Source of the DNA: an uncultured Chloroflexia bacterium
Lineage (GTDB): Bacteria > Chloroflexota > Limnocylindria > Limnocylindrales > CSP1-4
Length of the DNA stretch: 64,000 nt
Assembly (NCBI GenBank): GCA_963746845.1
Contig: CAVVCZ010000004.1
Span: 224,001 to 288,000, forward strand
Direction of reading: 5' to 3'
A program made the translations under genes and the position numbers. Positions within the stretch are counted from its first letter, which is position 1. Every line of letters starts with the position of its first letter. The notes under the pieces are model-generated. The model was not told the origin of the DNA. It ran no database searches and saw only the letters and a program-made list of their open reading frames with translations. Positions 1-9,427 of the stretch are shown here, one piece after another.

Positions 1-2
1 CG

Positions 3-338
3 TCGCCGCGCTGCCGGGATCCCGTAGCAGCGGGCGAAGAAGTCGAGGTACTCCCAGACCTTCATGTCGTCGTACACGCCGAACACGTCCGGCATGAAGC
101 CGAGGACGCGACGGGCCGCGTCGGGGTTCCGGCGGACGTCGATCCCGGCGATCTCGGCGTGGCCGGACGTCGCCGTGAGCAGCGTGGCGAGGATCCGCAG
201 GGTCGTGGTCTTCCCGGCGCCGTTCGGACCGACCAGGCCGAAGATCTCCCCATCGGCCACGGCCAGATCGAGCCCGGCGACCGCGACCGTGCCCGGATAG
301 CGCTTGACGAGGCCGCGGGTGACGACGATGTCGGTCAC
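3..338 (-). CDS. ABC transporter ATP-binding protein (3' end outside window)
   Basis: Manual translation from GTG at 338: MTDIVVTRGLVKRYPGTVAVAGLDLAVADGEIFGLVGPNGAGKTTTLRIL (Walker A); GTGA overlap with the stop of the upstream gene. Confidence 0.92.
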   Translation of the reverse strand, partial: MTDIVVTRGLVKRYPGTVAVAGLDLAVADGEIFGLVGPNGAGKTTTLRILATLLTATSGHAEIAGIDVRRNPDAARRVLGFMPDVFGVYDDMKVWEYLDFFARCYGIPAARR

Positions 339-2917
339 TTCACCGTCCCCTCGATCGCGACGGCAACCGAGAAGCCGACCTGGTCCTGGCTGTCGTTGAC
401 GTAGCGGACCAGGAGGGTCCCGGTGGACGGGTCGACGTACCGCGGCGCATCGGTCAGATCGTAGGTCTCGCCCTGCTCCGCGTGGGCGAGCCGATGCCAC
501 ACACCCGTGGTTCGATCGAAGACCTCGATCTCCGGCAGGCCATCGAACTGGTCGGCCGGCAGCGGGGCCGGGCAGCCTGCAGGCAGCGGGTCGCCGGCCT
601 TCGTCCCCACGCACACGTCGGGGATCGGCGCGATCGGCGGGACGATCCCCGTCCCCGTCGGGATGCCGTCGGGGCTGAAGTTGAAGCCGATCCGGACGTG
701 GCTGACCGTGAGCGCGCCCTCGAACGGGAGCGGCCGATAGCTGACCGTGGCCGAGCCACGTCCGAAGCCGAACGTCGTCGGGTCCTTGGAGAAGAACCCG
801 GCGTCGGTCTCGACGACCGTGCTCTTCAGGAGGTCGCCCTGGAACACGACCTTCCCCCGGATCGGCATCGACAGCGGCACGTAGTAGAGGACGTTGCTGA
901 CCCGCTTCGCGGGCTGGCCCTCGACGGACACATCAAGGACGGGGTCGCGGCCCCACGCGAGCAGGACGGGGCCGTCCGCCGTCAGCCGGCCGAACGTGCC
1001 GAGCTGCGGGTCGCTCGTGAGCTGGTCGATGACCATGTGCCGGACCTGGTCGCGGCGGGTCGCGTCGGTCGTCGCAGAGGTTCCCTCGAAGAAGAGCTGC
1101 CCGAAGATGCGGTCGGAGATGGGCTGCCCGAAGCCGGCCCCGCCGAGCGGGAGCGAGACGGCGACCTCCTCGCCGGGCGCGAGGTCCTTCAGCACCTTCA
1201 CGTTCGTCCCGAGCACGATCGACGGCTTCTCGAGCGTGGTGGCCGCGTCGTTGCGGATCGTCCCGGTGAGCACGCCGTCGACGAGCGCGATGTCCGCATG
1301 GATCTTCGGGACGACGACCTGCGACTCCGCGCGGATCGTGCGCAGGGACTGGACCCCGACGGCCAGGTCGCGGACCCGCGACGGGTCGCCCTGGACGACA
1401 TCGAGGCTTGCCCCGGCGCCGCCGAACATGTCGCCCGAGATCGGCGATGACAGCAGCGCGCCGCCCGGGACCGCGACCTGGTAGGTGCCGCGGATCGGCG
1501 AGAACACGCCGAGGTAGACCTGGGCGGTCCCCTCGGTCGCGTCCGGGGCGCCCCGAACGATCCCGATCTCGTTGACGATCAGCGAGCTGCCGCGGAGCGC
1601 CGATCCAAACGCGTAGGAGCCGAACGCGAAGGCCGCGATCAGGACCGGCATCGTCACCCACGCCCATTCGCGCCGGTCGATCCGACGGAGGATCAGGTAG
1701 TTCAGTGGTCCGATCAGCGCGATGTAGCCGAAGAGGAGCAGGAGCAGGCCGCCGAGCGGCGGCAGCGCGAGGGACGGCAGGTTGCTGACCGCACCGACGA
1801 TCTGCGTGTCGTCGTTCATCGCGACCGTGCCGTCGGAGCGCGGCGGGATCAGCGCGGGCCACAGGTTCGCGACCGCGCTCGACTCGCCGATCCAGCCGAC
1901 GGTCGGGTCCACGCCGAGCAGCGTCACGGAGCCGCTGCCGTACGGCGCCTGTCCGGCGATCGCCCGATCGCCGGATGTGGCGATCGCACGGCCGCGCGTC
2001 AGCTCACCGGCCATCGCCGGGACGTCCGAGGCGCTCTTGGGGAGCGTCCCGAGGAGGCCGCGCAGGGACGCCGGCGCCGCGTCCACGGTCGAGCTCGGCC
2101 GGTACGGGAGGATGTCGTCCGGGAAGCCGCCGAGCGAGCCGATCCCTGCGGTCCCGCCGACGACGATCAGGCGGCCGCCGAGCGCGAGCCAGCCGCGGAG
2201 CGCGGTCAGCTGCTCGGAGCTCAGGCTCGAGGCGTCGACGTCCTGCCACACGAGCCGGTCCATCGCGGACCATGCCTCGATCCGGGTCGGCAGATCCTCG
2301 ATCCCGAGCGGCACGATCACCGCCGGCGCCTGGTTCTGGACCCCCGGCAGGCTCAGCGAACCGACGAGGGGCCCCGGATTGTCGGCCACGACCCCGACCA
2401 CCAGCTGGCCCGTGTCGTGGATCGTCACGGCCACCTTCTGACGGGCGACCACGCTCTCGCCGCTTGCGAACACGACTTCCAGTTGCTGGCCGAACGACGG
2501 CGGTTGCGCGTACAGGATCCAGTCCTTGTCCGATGGGCTGTCGAGCTGGACCGGGGTCGCGTAGCGCGTCCCGCCCTGGGTTCCGCCCTGGAGCCGGAGC
2601 TCGCCCGTGACCGATGGACCCTCGTTGTGGAGATGGACCTGGATCGCGATCCACGATCCGAGGCGGGCGTGGCCCTGGAGGAGGACGCGCGCCGTCATCG
2701 ATGGTGGGTCCGCGGCGGCGGCCGACCCGGCGGTCGCGGTCAGGAGCACGCCGACGAGCACGGCGGCGATCGCGGCGAGCGCGGCGAGGGCGGCGGGCGG
2801 ACGGTTCCGTCGGTGCGCGCGTGGAGACACGGACACTCCAGGTGCGGCGGGCGGTTGCGGTCCCAGCATCGACGCCCCGACCCCCCGAAAAGTTGCGTGC
2901 TCGTCGACGCCCGTCAC
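335..2917 (-). CDS. Large membrane-anchored/secreted hypothetical protein co-transcribed with an ABC transporter
   Basis: 860-aa ORF with N-terminal signal/TM segment and two internal TM helices (LLLLLFGYIALIGPLNYLIL; WVTMPVLIAAFAFGSYAFG); start uncertain. Confidence 0.8.
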   Translation of the reverse strand: MTGVDEHATFRGVGASMLGPQPPAAPGVSVSPRAHRRNRPPAALAALAAIAAVLVGVLLTATAGSAAAADPPSMTARVLLQGHARLGSWIAIQVHLHNEGPSVTGELRLQGGTQGGTRYATPVQLDSPSDKDWILYAQPPSFGQQLEVVFASGESVVARQKVAVTIHDTGQLVVGVVADNPGPLVGSLSLPGVQNQAPAVIVPLGIEDLPTRIEAWSAMDRLVWQDVDASSLSSEQLTALRGWLALGGRLIVVGGTAGIGSLGGFPDDILPYRPSSTVDAAPASLRGLLGTLPKSASDVPAMAGELTRGRAIATSGDRAIAGQAPYGSGSVTLLGVDPTVGWIGESSAVANLWPALIPPRSDGTVAMNDDTQIVGAVSNLPSLALPPLGGLLLLLFGYIALIGPLNYLILRRIDRREWAWVTMPVLIAAFAFGSYAFGSALRGSSLIVNEIGIVRGAPDATEGTAQVYLGVFSPIRGTYQVAVPGGALLSSPISGDMFGGAGASLDVVQGDPSRVRDLAVGVQSLRTIRAESQVVVPKIHADIALVDGVLTGTIRNDAATTLEKPSIVLGTNVKVLKDLAPGEEVAVSLPLGGAGFGQPISDRIFGQLFFEGTSATTDATRRDQVRHMVIDQLTSDPQLGTFGRLTADGPVLLAWGRDPVLDVSVEGQPAKRVSNVLYYVPLSMPIRGKVVFQGDLLKSTVVETDAGFFSKDPTTFGFGRGSATVSYRPLPFEGALTVSHVRIGFNFSPDGIPTGTGIVPPIAPIPDVCVGTKAGDPLPAGCPAPLPADQFDGLPEIEVFDRTTGVWHRLAHAEQGETYDLTDAPRYVDPSTGTLLVRYVNDSQDQVGFSVAVAIEGTVK

Positions 2918-3066
2918 CGGCCGGTGGATGGCTGTGGCCCGCGTGAAGCACCGGCTGGGCCCCGGACGGCACTCCGCGCCCGGCTATCGTACGATGCCGG
3001 TCCGGGCCGACCCGTCTCGGCGTCACCCGAGGATCCGGTCCACCCGAGCCATCCACCGAGGAGCCC

Positions 3067-4390
3067 GTGCCCCAGATTCGCCCGTTCCGTGCCCTCCGCT
3101 ATGCCCCGGAGACCGTCGGCGACCTCGCCCTGGTGGTCGCGCCGCCGTACGACGTCCTGTCGGCCGCGGACCGGCGTCGCCTGGCCGACCGAAGCGACCG
3201 AAACGTCGTTCGCCTGGACGCGCCGTCCGACGAGCTCGGCGACGCGGAAGACGATCGCTACCGGCGAGCGGCACGGACCCTCGCGGCGTGGCGGTCCGAC
3301 GGGACGCTCCACAAGGACCCGCGCCCGGCGATCTACGTGTACGAGCAGACGTACCGCGTCCCCGGATCGGGGAGCGGAGCGGACCCAGCGCGGGTTCTTC
3401 GCGCGGCTCCGGCTCGAGCCGCTCGAGCCCGGCTCGGGTGTGCTCCCGCACGAGCGGACGCTGGCCGCCGCGCGGGAGGACCGCTACCGCCTCCTCCGGG
3501 CGACCGGGGTCAACACCAGCCCGGTCGTCGGCCTGTACGACGACCCGAGCGGACGCGCGAGCGCGATCCTCGCGACGCTGGCGATGCCGGCCCCCGTGCT
3601 CGACGTCGTCGACGACGACGGCGTGCGTCATCGACTCTGGGTCGTCGAGGCCGATGGGCCGGCCTCCGGCGCGGTCGCCGAGCTCGTCGGGGTGGCGTCC
3701 GCGGCGCCCGTCACGATCGCCGACGGCCACCATCGGTACGAGACCGCGCTCCGCTATCGGGACGAGCGACGGATGAGCCGGTCATGCGAGGAGGACCCGG
3801 CGTTCGATTACCTGTTGATGCTGCTCCTCGAGACCACCGCCGAGCCGTTGACCGTCCTGCCGACCCATCGGGTCGTGCGCGGGCTCGGGGACGACGGCGT
3901 CGCCGCCCTCCGGGCGGGTCTCGACGAGCTCTTCGACGTCCGGCCGGCCGACCGCGAGGCCCTGTGCTCGGCGTTCGGTCCCGGTGCGGACGCGCCGGGC
4001 GGGCGGGGGCGGTTCGGGCTCTGGACGCGCGACGGCGGCGTCCTGCTCACCGCGCGCCGGACGGCCTTCGCGCCGCTGCTCGCCGCCGGCGGGTCCGCGC
4101 TCCGCGGGCTCGATGTCGTCCTGCTCGGCGCGGCGCTCGAACGGCTCGCCGGGATCGATCGCGAGGCCGTCGCCGTCGCCGACCGGATCGCCTTCACGAA
4201 GTCCGTCGAGGAGGCGCTCGACCGGGTCGACGGCGGCGTCGACGGGGCCGACGCCGCGTTCCTCCTCGAGCCGACCCCGGTCGAGTCGATCGCCGCCGTC
4301 GCCCGCGAGGGTGACGTGATGCCCCAGAAGTCGACCTACTTCTACCCGAAGGCCCTGACCGGCCTCGTCATCAACCCGCACGAGTGGTGA
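3067..4390 (+). CDS. DUF1015 family protein, split by a +1 frameshift near 3365-3385
   Basis: N-terminus MPQIRPFRALRY...VVAPPYDV in one frame; PHERTL, IADGHHRYETA and C-terminal MPQKSTYFYPK in the next frame. Confidence 0.88.
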
Positions 4391-4427
4391 GCCAGCCGAT
4401 GTCCGTCCCGACCCGAGCACCCCGCCG

Positions 4428-5307
4428 ATGACCGAATCCACGCCCGACCAGATCCTTGCCCGCGCCCAGGTCCCGTCCGCCAATGGCCGGCCCGTCCGCA
4501 AGGACGAGATCGAGCTGCACGACCGCGGGCTGTACATCGAGTCGTGGCTGCCCGAGCGACGCTCGCGGCGCAAGCCGCTCCTGTTCGTCCACGGCGAGCT
4601 CGCGGGCTCGTGGGTCTGGGAGCGCTATCTCGGCTTCTTCGCGTCCCGGGGCTGGGAGGGCCACGCCCTCAACCTCCAGAACCACCACTGGTCGCGGACC
4701 GCCGACCCGACCGAGCTGACGTTCCAGACGTACGTCGACGACGTCGTCGCGGCGTTGAACCGCCTCGGGCCGACGACCGTGGCGATCGGCCACGGGCTGG
4801 GCGGGCTGCTCATCCTCAAGGCGGCCGAGCAGGCACCGATCGGGGGGCTCGTCCTCCTCTCGCCGGAGCTCCCCGCCGAGCTGCGCGATCCGGCCCAGCC
4901 CCACGAGCTGCGCGAGGTGCCGGACGTGTACGGCCGTGGCCGGATCGGCTGGACGACGCTGCCCGAGAAGCTCCAGCGCGACCACCGGGACCTGACGATC
5001 GCCGACGTCCTCCGGATCCAGCATCTCCTCGGCCAGAAGCCGCACGAGAGCGGCCGGGCGCTGCGGACGGTCCTGTCCGGCGTGCCGGTCGACCCGCGAC
5101 CGTTCGCCGAGATCCCGCGGCTCGTCATCGGCGGCGGGCTGGACCGGATGGTCGCGCGAGCCGGACGCGGAGCGACTCGCCGACTGGCTCGGCGCCGAGT
5201 ACGAGCCCTTCGGGGCCCACTCGCACTACGGCCTGATCGTCGGGGAGCAGAGCCACCAGCAGGTCGCGGAGGCGATCCGCATGTTCCTCGAGACGCACCG
5301 GCTCTGA
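4428..5307 (+). CDS. Alpha/beta-hydrolase-fold protein, +1 frameshift near 5150-5162
   Basis: LLFVHGELAGSWVW and GHGLGG elbow; shifted frame continues EPDAERLADWLGAEYEPFGAHSHYGLIVGEQSHQQVAEAIRMFLETHRL*. Confidence 0.82.
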
Positions 5308-5382
5308 GGTCGGTGCTTGGCGAGGTCGGGGGCCGGTTGGTATCATCCCGATCCGGCCGCGACCACCTGCGTCGCCCGCGGA

Positions 5383-5459
5383 GCCGCATTCGTCTAGAGG
5401 CCCAGGACACCGCCCTCTCAAGGCGGAGATCACCGGTTCGAATCCGGTATGCGGTACCA
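5383..5459 (+). tRNA. tRNA-Glu (CTC)
   Basis: Cloverleaf: acceptor GCCGCAT/ATGCGGT, anticodon arm CCGCC-CTCTCAA-GGCGG, T arm ACCGG-TTCGAAT-CCGGT, encoded CCA. Confidence 0.97.
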
Positions 5460-5497
5460 ACTCCCCCCGTCCGTCTCCCCACCGTAGACTCGCCCGC

Positions 5498-6622
5498 GTG
5501 ACCGATCGATCGTCCGCGCCGGTCCGCCGGCATCTCGTGATCCTCGCCGAGGGCAACTTCGGGTTCCACCATGGGAAGACCGCGGTCGGCGTGATCCGCT
5601 ACGGCCCGGACGACGTGGTCGCCGTCATCGACTCCACCCAGGCCGGCGGCAATGTCTCGTCGATCCTGCCCGGGCGCGATATTCCGATCGTCGCGACCCT
5701 CGACGAGGCGCTGGCCCGGGAGCCGCGGCCGGACACGCTCCTGATCGGCATCGCGCCGACAGGCGGCAAACTGCCCGAGAGCTGGCGCGTCACGATCCTC
5801 GCGGCGATCCGGGCGGGGCTGGACGTCCATTCGGGCCTGCACACGTTCCTCGGCGACGACCCGGAGTTCGCGGCCGCCGCCGCGGCCGCGGGCACATCGA
5901 TCGTCGACTACCGGCGGCCCCCGACGCGCATGGAGACCTCGGTCGGGCGGCGCCACGGGCTCGGCAAGCGGGTGATCCTCACGGTCGGCACCGACTGCGC
6001 GATCGGCAAGATGTCGGTCGCCCTCGAGCTCCGCGCTGCGGCTCGTGCCGCCGGGCGGTCGGTCGCGTTCGTCCCGACCGGCCAGACCGGGATGATGATC
6101 GACGGCTGGGGCGCCGCGGTGGATCGGCTGATCAGCGACTTCGCCCAGGGCACCGTCGAGTGGATGGTCGAGGAGGGCGAGGCGCGCGGCGACTGGGTGA
6201 TCGTCGAGGGCCAGGGTTCGCTCGACCATCCGGCCTACTCGTCGGTGACGCTTGCGCTGATCCACGGGGCGACGCCCCAGGCAATGGTCCTCGTCCACAA
6301 GGCCGGCCAGATCGAGCACGACTTCGACCATCTGCCGGACGCCTCGTTCCCGATCGCGGATCTTCGACCGTTCATCGAGCTCCACGAGCGGGTGGCGGGC
6401 CTCATCGCTCCGTCGAAGGTCGTCGCGATCGCGCTCAACACGTCCGGGATCCCCGATGAAGGCGAGGCCCGCGCGGAGATCGCCCGGATCGCGGCCGAGA
6501 CCGGGCTACCGGTGGACGACCCCGTCCGGTTCGGACCCGGGCCGCTCTGGGCGGTCATCGAGGCAGGAGTCGACGCGCTGCCGTGGGTCGCCGGCAGCGC
6601 CGCACCGACCGGCGCGCGCTGA
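5498..6622 (+). CDS. dgcN: DUF1611 family protein (DgcN-like D-glutamate N-acetyltransferase)
   Basis: GKTAVGVIRY, VGTDCAIGKM, PTGQTG and VEGQGSLDHPAYS motifs; adjacent to an enolase-family epimerase. Confidence 0.8.
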   Translation: MTDRSSAPVRRHLVILAEGNFGFHHGKTAVGVIRYGPDDVVAVIDSTQAGGNVSSILPGRDIPIVATLDEALAREPRPDTLLIGIAPTGGKLPESWRVTILAAIRAGLDVHSGLHTFLGDDPEFAAAAAAAGTSIVDYRRPPTRMETSVGRRHGLGKRVILTVGTDCAIGKMSVALELRAAARAAGRSVAFVPTGQTGMMIDGWGAAVDRLISDFAQGTVEWMVEEGEARGDWVIVEGQGSLDHPAYSSVTLALIHGATPQAMVLVHKAGQIEHDFDHLPDASFPIADLRPFIELHERVAGLIAPSKVVAIALNTSGIPDEGEARAEIARIAAETGLPVDDPVRFGPGPLWAVIEAGVDALPWVAGSAAPTGAR

Positions 6623-7672
6623 GTGGCGCTCCACCTTCGCCACGAGGTCCTCCATCTGGGGCTGCGTGACCCATTCCGGATCGCCCGCTCGGACCACGAC
6701 GCGGGGCACGCGGTCACGACGGTCATCGTCGAGCTGACCGACGACCGGTTCCCGGGGCTCGTCGGCATCGGGGAGGGGTTCCCGGATCGCTTCTACGGCG
6801 AGACGGCGGACACCATCGCCGCGGTGCTCCCGCTCCTGCTCGACGCGATCGGCGAACCGGAGGCCGGCCCGGCCGGCCTGAGCGCGGCGGACGCTGCGAT
6901 GGACCGGTTCATCGCCCACAACGGCGCAGCCAAGTGCGCGCTGGACATCGCCCTCCACGACCTCGTCGGCCAGGTGACCGGGCAGCCGCTCGCCGCGCTC
7001 CTCGGGACGGACGGACCGATCCCGCCGACCGACTTCACGCTCGGGATCGACGCGCCGGAGGTCGTCGCCGAGCGTGCCGTCCGCGCCAGCCGGTTCCCGG
7101 CCCTCAAGATCAAGCTCGGTGGGACGGCGGACCTCGCGACGCTCGAGGCGGTCCGGGCGGTGTACGGCGGGGCGATCCGGGTCGACGCGAACACGGGTTG
7201 GGTGCCGGACGAGGCGCTCGAGCTGATCCCGGAGCTGGAGCGCATGGGCGTCGAGCTGATCGAGCAGCCGTTCCCCGCCGATCGGCTGGACCAGCTCGGC
7301 TGGCTCCAGGAGCGCTCGGCCCTCCCGATCGTCGCCGACGAGAGCGCCGTCACGATCCGCGACCTGCGCGGGCTCGTCGGGGTCGTCGCCGGCGTCAACG
7401 TCAAGCTGGCGAAGTGCGGCGGGGTGGGCCCGGCCCGGGCCATGCTCGCCCAGGCGCGGGACCTCGGCTTCCGGACGTTCCTCGGCTGCATGGAGGAGAC
7501 GTCGGTCGGGATCGCGGCCTCGGCCGCGGTCGCGTCGCTGGCCGACTGGGTCGACCTCGATGGCAGCCTGCTCCTCGCGGACGACCCGTTCGCGGGCCTG
7601 GTGCTGGGCGACGATTGTCGCTGGCAGGCCTCGTCGGAGCCCGGCCTCGGCATCCGGCGCCGGGACGCCTGA
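6623..7672 (+). CDS. dgcA: Enolase-superfamily dipeptide epimerase / N-acetyl-D-Glu racemase (DgcA-like)
   Basis: KIKLG, RVDAN, IEQP, IVADES, NVKLAKCGG, GCMEET and DLDG motifs. Confidence 0.85.
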   Translation: MALHLRHEVLHLGLRDPFRIARSDHDAGHAVTTVIVELTDDRFPGLVGIGEGFPDRFYGETADTIAAVLPLLLDAIGEPEAGPAGLSAADAAMDRFIAHNGAAKCALDIALHDLVGQVTGQPLAALLGTDGPIPPTDFTLGIDAPEVVAERAVRASRFPALKIKLGGTADLATLEAVRAVYGGAIRVDANTGWVPDEALELIPELERMGVELIEQPFPADRLDQLGWLQERSALPIVADESAVTIRDLRGLVGVVAGVNVKLAKCGGVGPARAMLAQARDLGFRTFLGCMEETSVGIAASAAVASLADWVDLDGSLLLADDPFAGLVLGDDCRWQASSEPGLGIRRRDA

Positions 7673-7704
7673 CCCGCCCGAACGGACGAGCGGTCCGGAA
7701 CGGG

Positions 7705-7718
7705 CGAACGTCCGTTCG
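7705..7718. promoter_or_regulatory. LexA (Cheo-type) SOS box candidate
   Basis: Palindromic CGAAC-GTCC-GTTCG, intergenic, about 60 bp upstream of a TACCAT -10 at 7781-7786. Confidence 0.55.
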
Positions 7719-7751
7719 TGTGGACAAGTTCGTGGACGAGTTGGTGGACAA
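7719..7751 (-). promoter_or_regulatory. Three tandem DnaA-box-like 9-mers
   Basis: TGTGGACAA (7719), CGTGGACGA (7731), GGTGGACAA (7743) at 12-bp period; reverse complement of the first is TTGTCCACA. Confidence 0.5.
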
Positions 7752-7942
7752 ACCCCCTTCATCGACCGGCCCGTCGGTCCTACCATTGCGCTCCACCGGG
7801 CCGGCGAGAGTTCTCCGGGAGGGACGGAACCCGCGGCCGGTGCGACTCCACGGGGGCATCCCGCGGTCGGCTGATCCCGCCGACCGGTGGGTGGATGGTT
7901 CGTGCTGCCACGCGACGGGATCGACTGGAGGGTCGGCCATCG

Positions 7943-8398
7943 ATGGTTCACAGTAACGGCACCGCCCGAGCTGTCACCGAGCCGCTCGGCGCGGAAGCCG
8001 ACGCGTTGGAGTTCGTCCGCTTCTGCCATCGACGCAAGCACGTCGGCTGGCCCGAGCTCTATGACGAGATGTGCGCCGTCGCGGGTCGCGGCCTCTACCG
8101 GGGCTACGGCACTGACGAGCTCTCCGAGATCGGGATCGGCTTCGGCCTGTTCGAGATGCCGGCTCTGGCCGGCCTCGTGAGCCAGGTCGTCACCGAGGAT
8201 CAGGAGCGCCGTCGGCGCATCGCCGAGGTCCGACCGGTCGTCGTCGCCTCGTCCGAGAGCCAGCCGGTCGCCGAGCCCGGTGAAGCGCCCGAACCCCACC
8301 AGCCGGCGTCCCCAGACGTCGGACCCAACCGGGAGCCGGCCGAACGGGCCACCCCGGACCATGGATCGGTCAGGATCGCGGTGCCCGCCGGAGCCTGA
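7943..8398 (+). CDS. Hypothetical protein (151 aa)
   Basis: GGAGG upstream; globular N-terminal part (EFVRFCHRRKHVGWPELYDEMCAVAGRGLYRG) and Pro/Glu-rich tail; followed by a terminator. Confidence 0.75.
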   Translation: MVHSNGTARAVTEPLGAEADALEFVRFCHRRKHVGWPELYDEMCAVAGRGLYRGYGTDELSEIGIGFGLFEMPALAGLVSQVVTEDQERRRRIAEVRPVVVASSESQPVAEPGEAPEPHQPASPDVGPNREPAERATPDHGSVRIAVPAGA

Positions 8399-8434
8399 AC
8401 GACGTCCGAGATCGTTGCGTCGCTATCCGACGCT

Positions 8435-8473
8435 GAAGGGTCCTCGATTGGTCAGGATCGAGGACCCTTCTTC
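8435..8473 (+). terminator. Intrinsic terminator-like hairpin
   Basis: GAAGGGTCCTCGAT-N8-ATCGAGGACCCTTC followed by TTC. Confidence 0.7.
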
Positions 8474-8754
8474 ATGCCCGGGACCTCTTCATGGCTGTCG
8501 CGCCTCGGCCGGGCGCCGCCGGCCGTCGCCTTCCTCGCCGAATTCCCACGTCGCGAACAGCTTCCGCGGAAACCTCGCCGGATGTGCCTACGCCGGGAAT
8601 CCGGTCAGCAGCGCGCGGTCCGCTGCCCCGATCCGAGCGTGACGGGATCGCGCCTCCCGCCTCGCGGGCCTCGCCGTGTTCTCCCGGTGAGCATTCGGGG
8701 ACGGAGATGTGGCAGAGCCGGGCGAGGGGGCCGGGTGTTCGATCCGATCGGTCG

Positions 8755-8982
8755 TCAGGCCCGGATCCGTCGCCGCGCCATCTCCCCTTCGATCTGGCGC
8801 TCCGCCTCGACGTAGGTGTCGATCTGCTCGCGGATCTGGTTCGCCTCGGGGGTGTAGAGGTGAACCTGCTGCTGGAGGATGTACGACAACCGCCGGCTGG
8901 TCATCCGGACGTGATCCAGGTTCTTCATCAGGACCAGCGGATCCATCGCCGCCAGGTCGGACGGGTGGTACATCAGCTTCAT
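8755..8982 (-). CDS. Small hypothetical protein (75 aa, helical)
   Basis: Non-GC-biased protein composition; TAGAAT-N6-ATG start context. Confidence 0.8.
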   Translation of the reverse strand: MKLMYHPSDLAAMDPLVLMKNLDHVRMTSRRLSYILQQQVHLYTPEANQIREQIDTYVEAERQIEGEMARRRIRA

Positions 8983-9031
8983 GGCGGCATTCTAGCGGCG
9001 GCCCTCGGCGCCGAGCGCGGGGACGGACGGC

Positions 9032-9427
9032 TCAGCGGCGGAAGCCGGCGCGCCGTGGCGGGTCGATGACGATCGTCGCCGCGAGCCCGGCGGCGGCGAG
9101 GAGCGCGAGCCCCCCGACCAGCCATCGCCAGAGCCCGCTGGTCCCGAGCGACAGCTCGACCCCCGCCAGGAGGAAGACCGCGACGTCCGCGGCGCGGAGG
9201 ATCCCGGCACCGCGGCCCATCTGCCAGTCGAACAGGCCGAGCATCACGATCCCGACCATCGGCAGGACGACGAACAGTGCGAACCGGACGTCGCCGACCA
9301 CGGGCACGGCCGCGTCCGTCGATCCCGTCCCGGCCGCGGTCCCGAACATCCCGATGACCGCGAGCAGCCCGACACCCGCGGCGAGGAGCGTGTGAAGCGC
9401 CGGGACGATCGCCGGCCGCGGGTCCAT
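9032..9427 (-). CDS. Small membrane protein (about 4 TM)
   Basis: ATGA overlap with the MTase stop; MDPRPAIVPALHTLLAAGVGLLAVIG... with hydrophobic segments. Confidence 0.7.
   Translation of the reverse strand: MDPRPAIVPALHTLLAAGVGLLAVIGMFGTAAGTGSTDAAVPVVGDVRFALFVVLPMVGIVMLGLFDWQMGRGAGILRAADVAVFLLAGVELSLGTSGLWRWLVGGLALLAAAGLAATIVIDPPRRAGFRR

Noticed and set aside
7719-7751. Possible oriC
   Set aside because: There are only three boxes, no AT-rich unwinding element, and no dnaA or dnaN nearby.
7795-7900. T-loop-like GGTGCGACTCC and GAGAGTTC...GAAC suggesting a cobalamin or glycine riboswitch
   Set aside because: The other conserved elements are missing; I kept it only as a structured leader.
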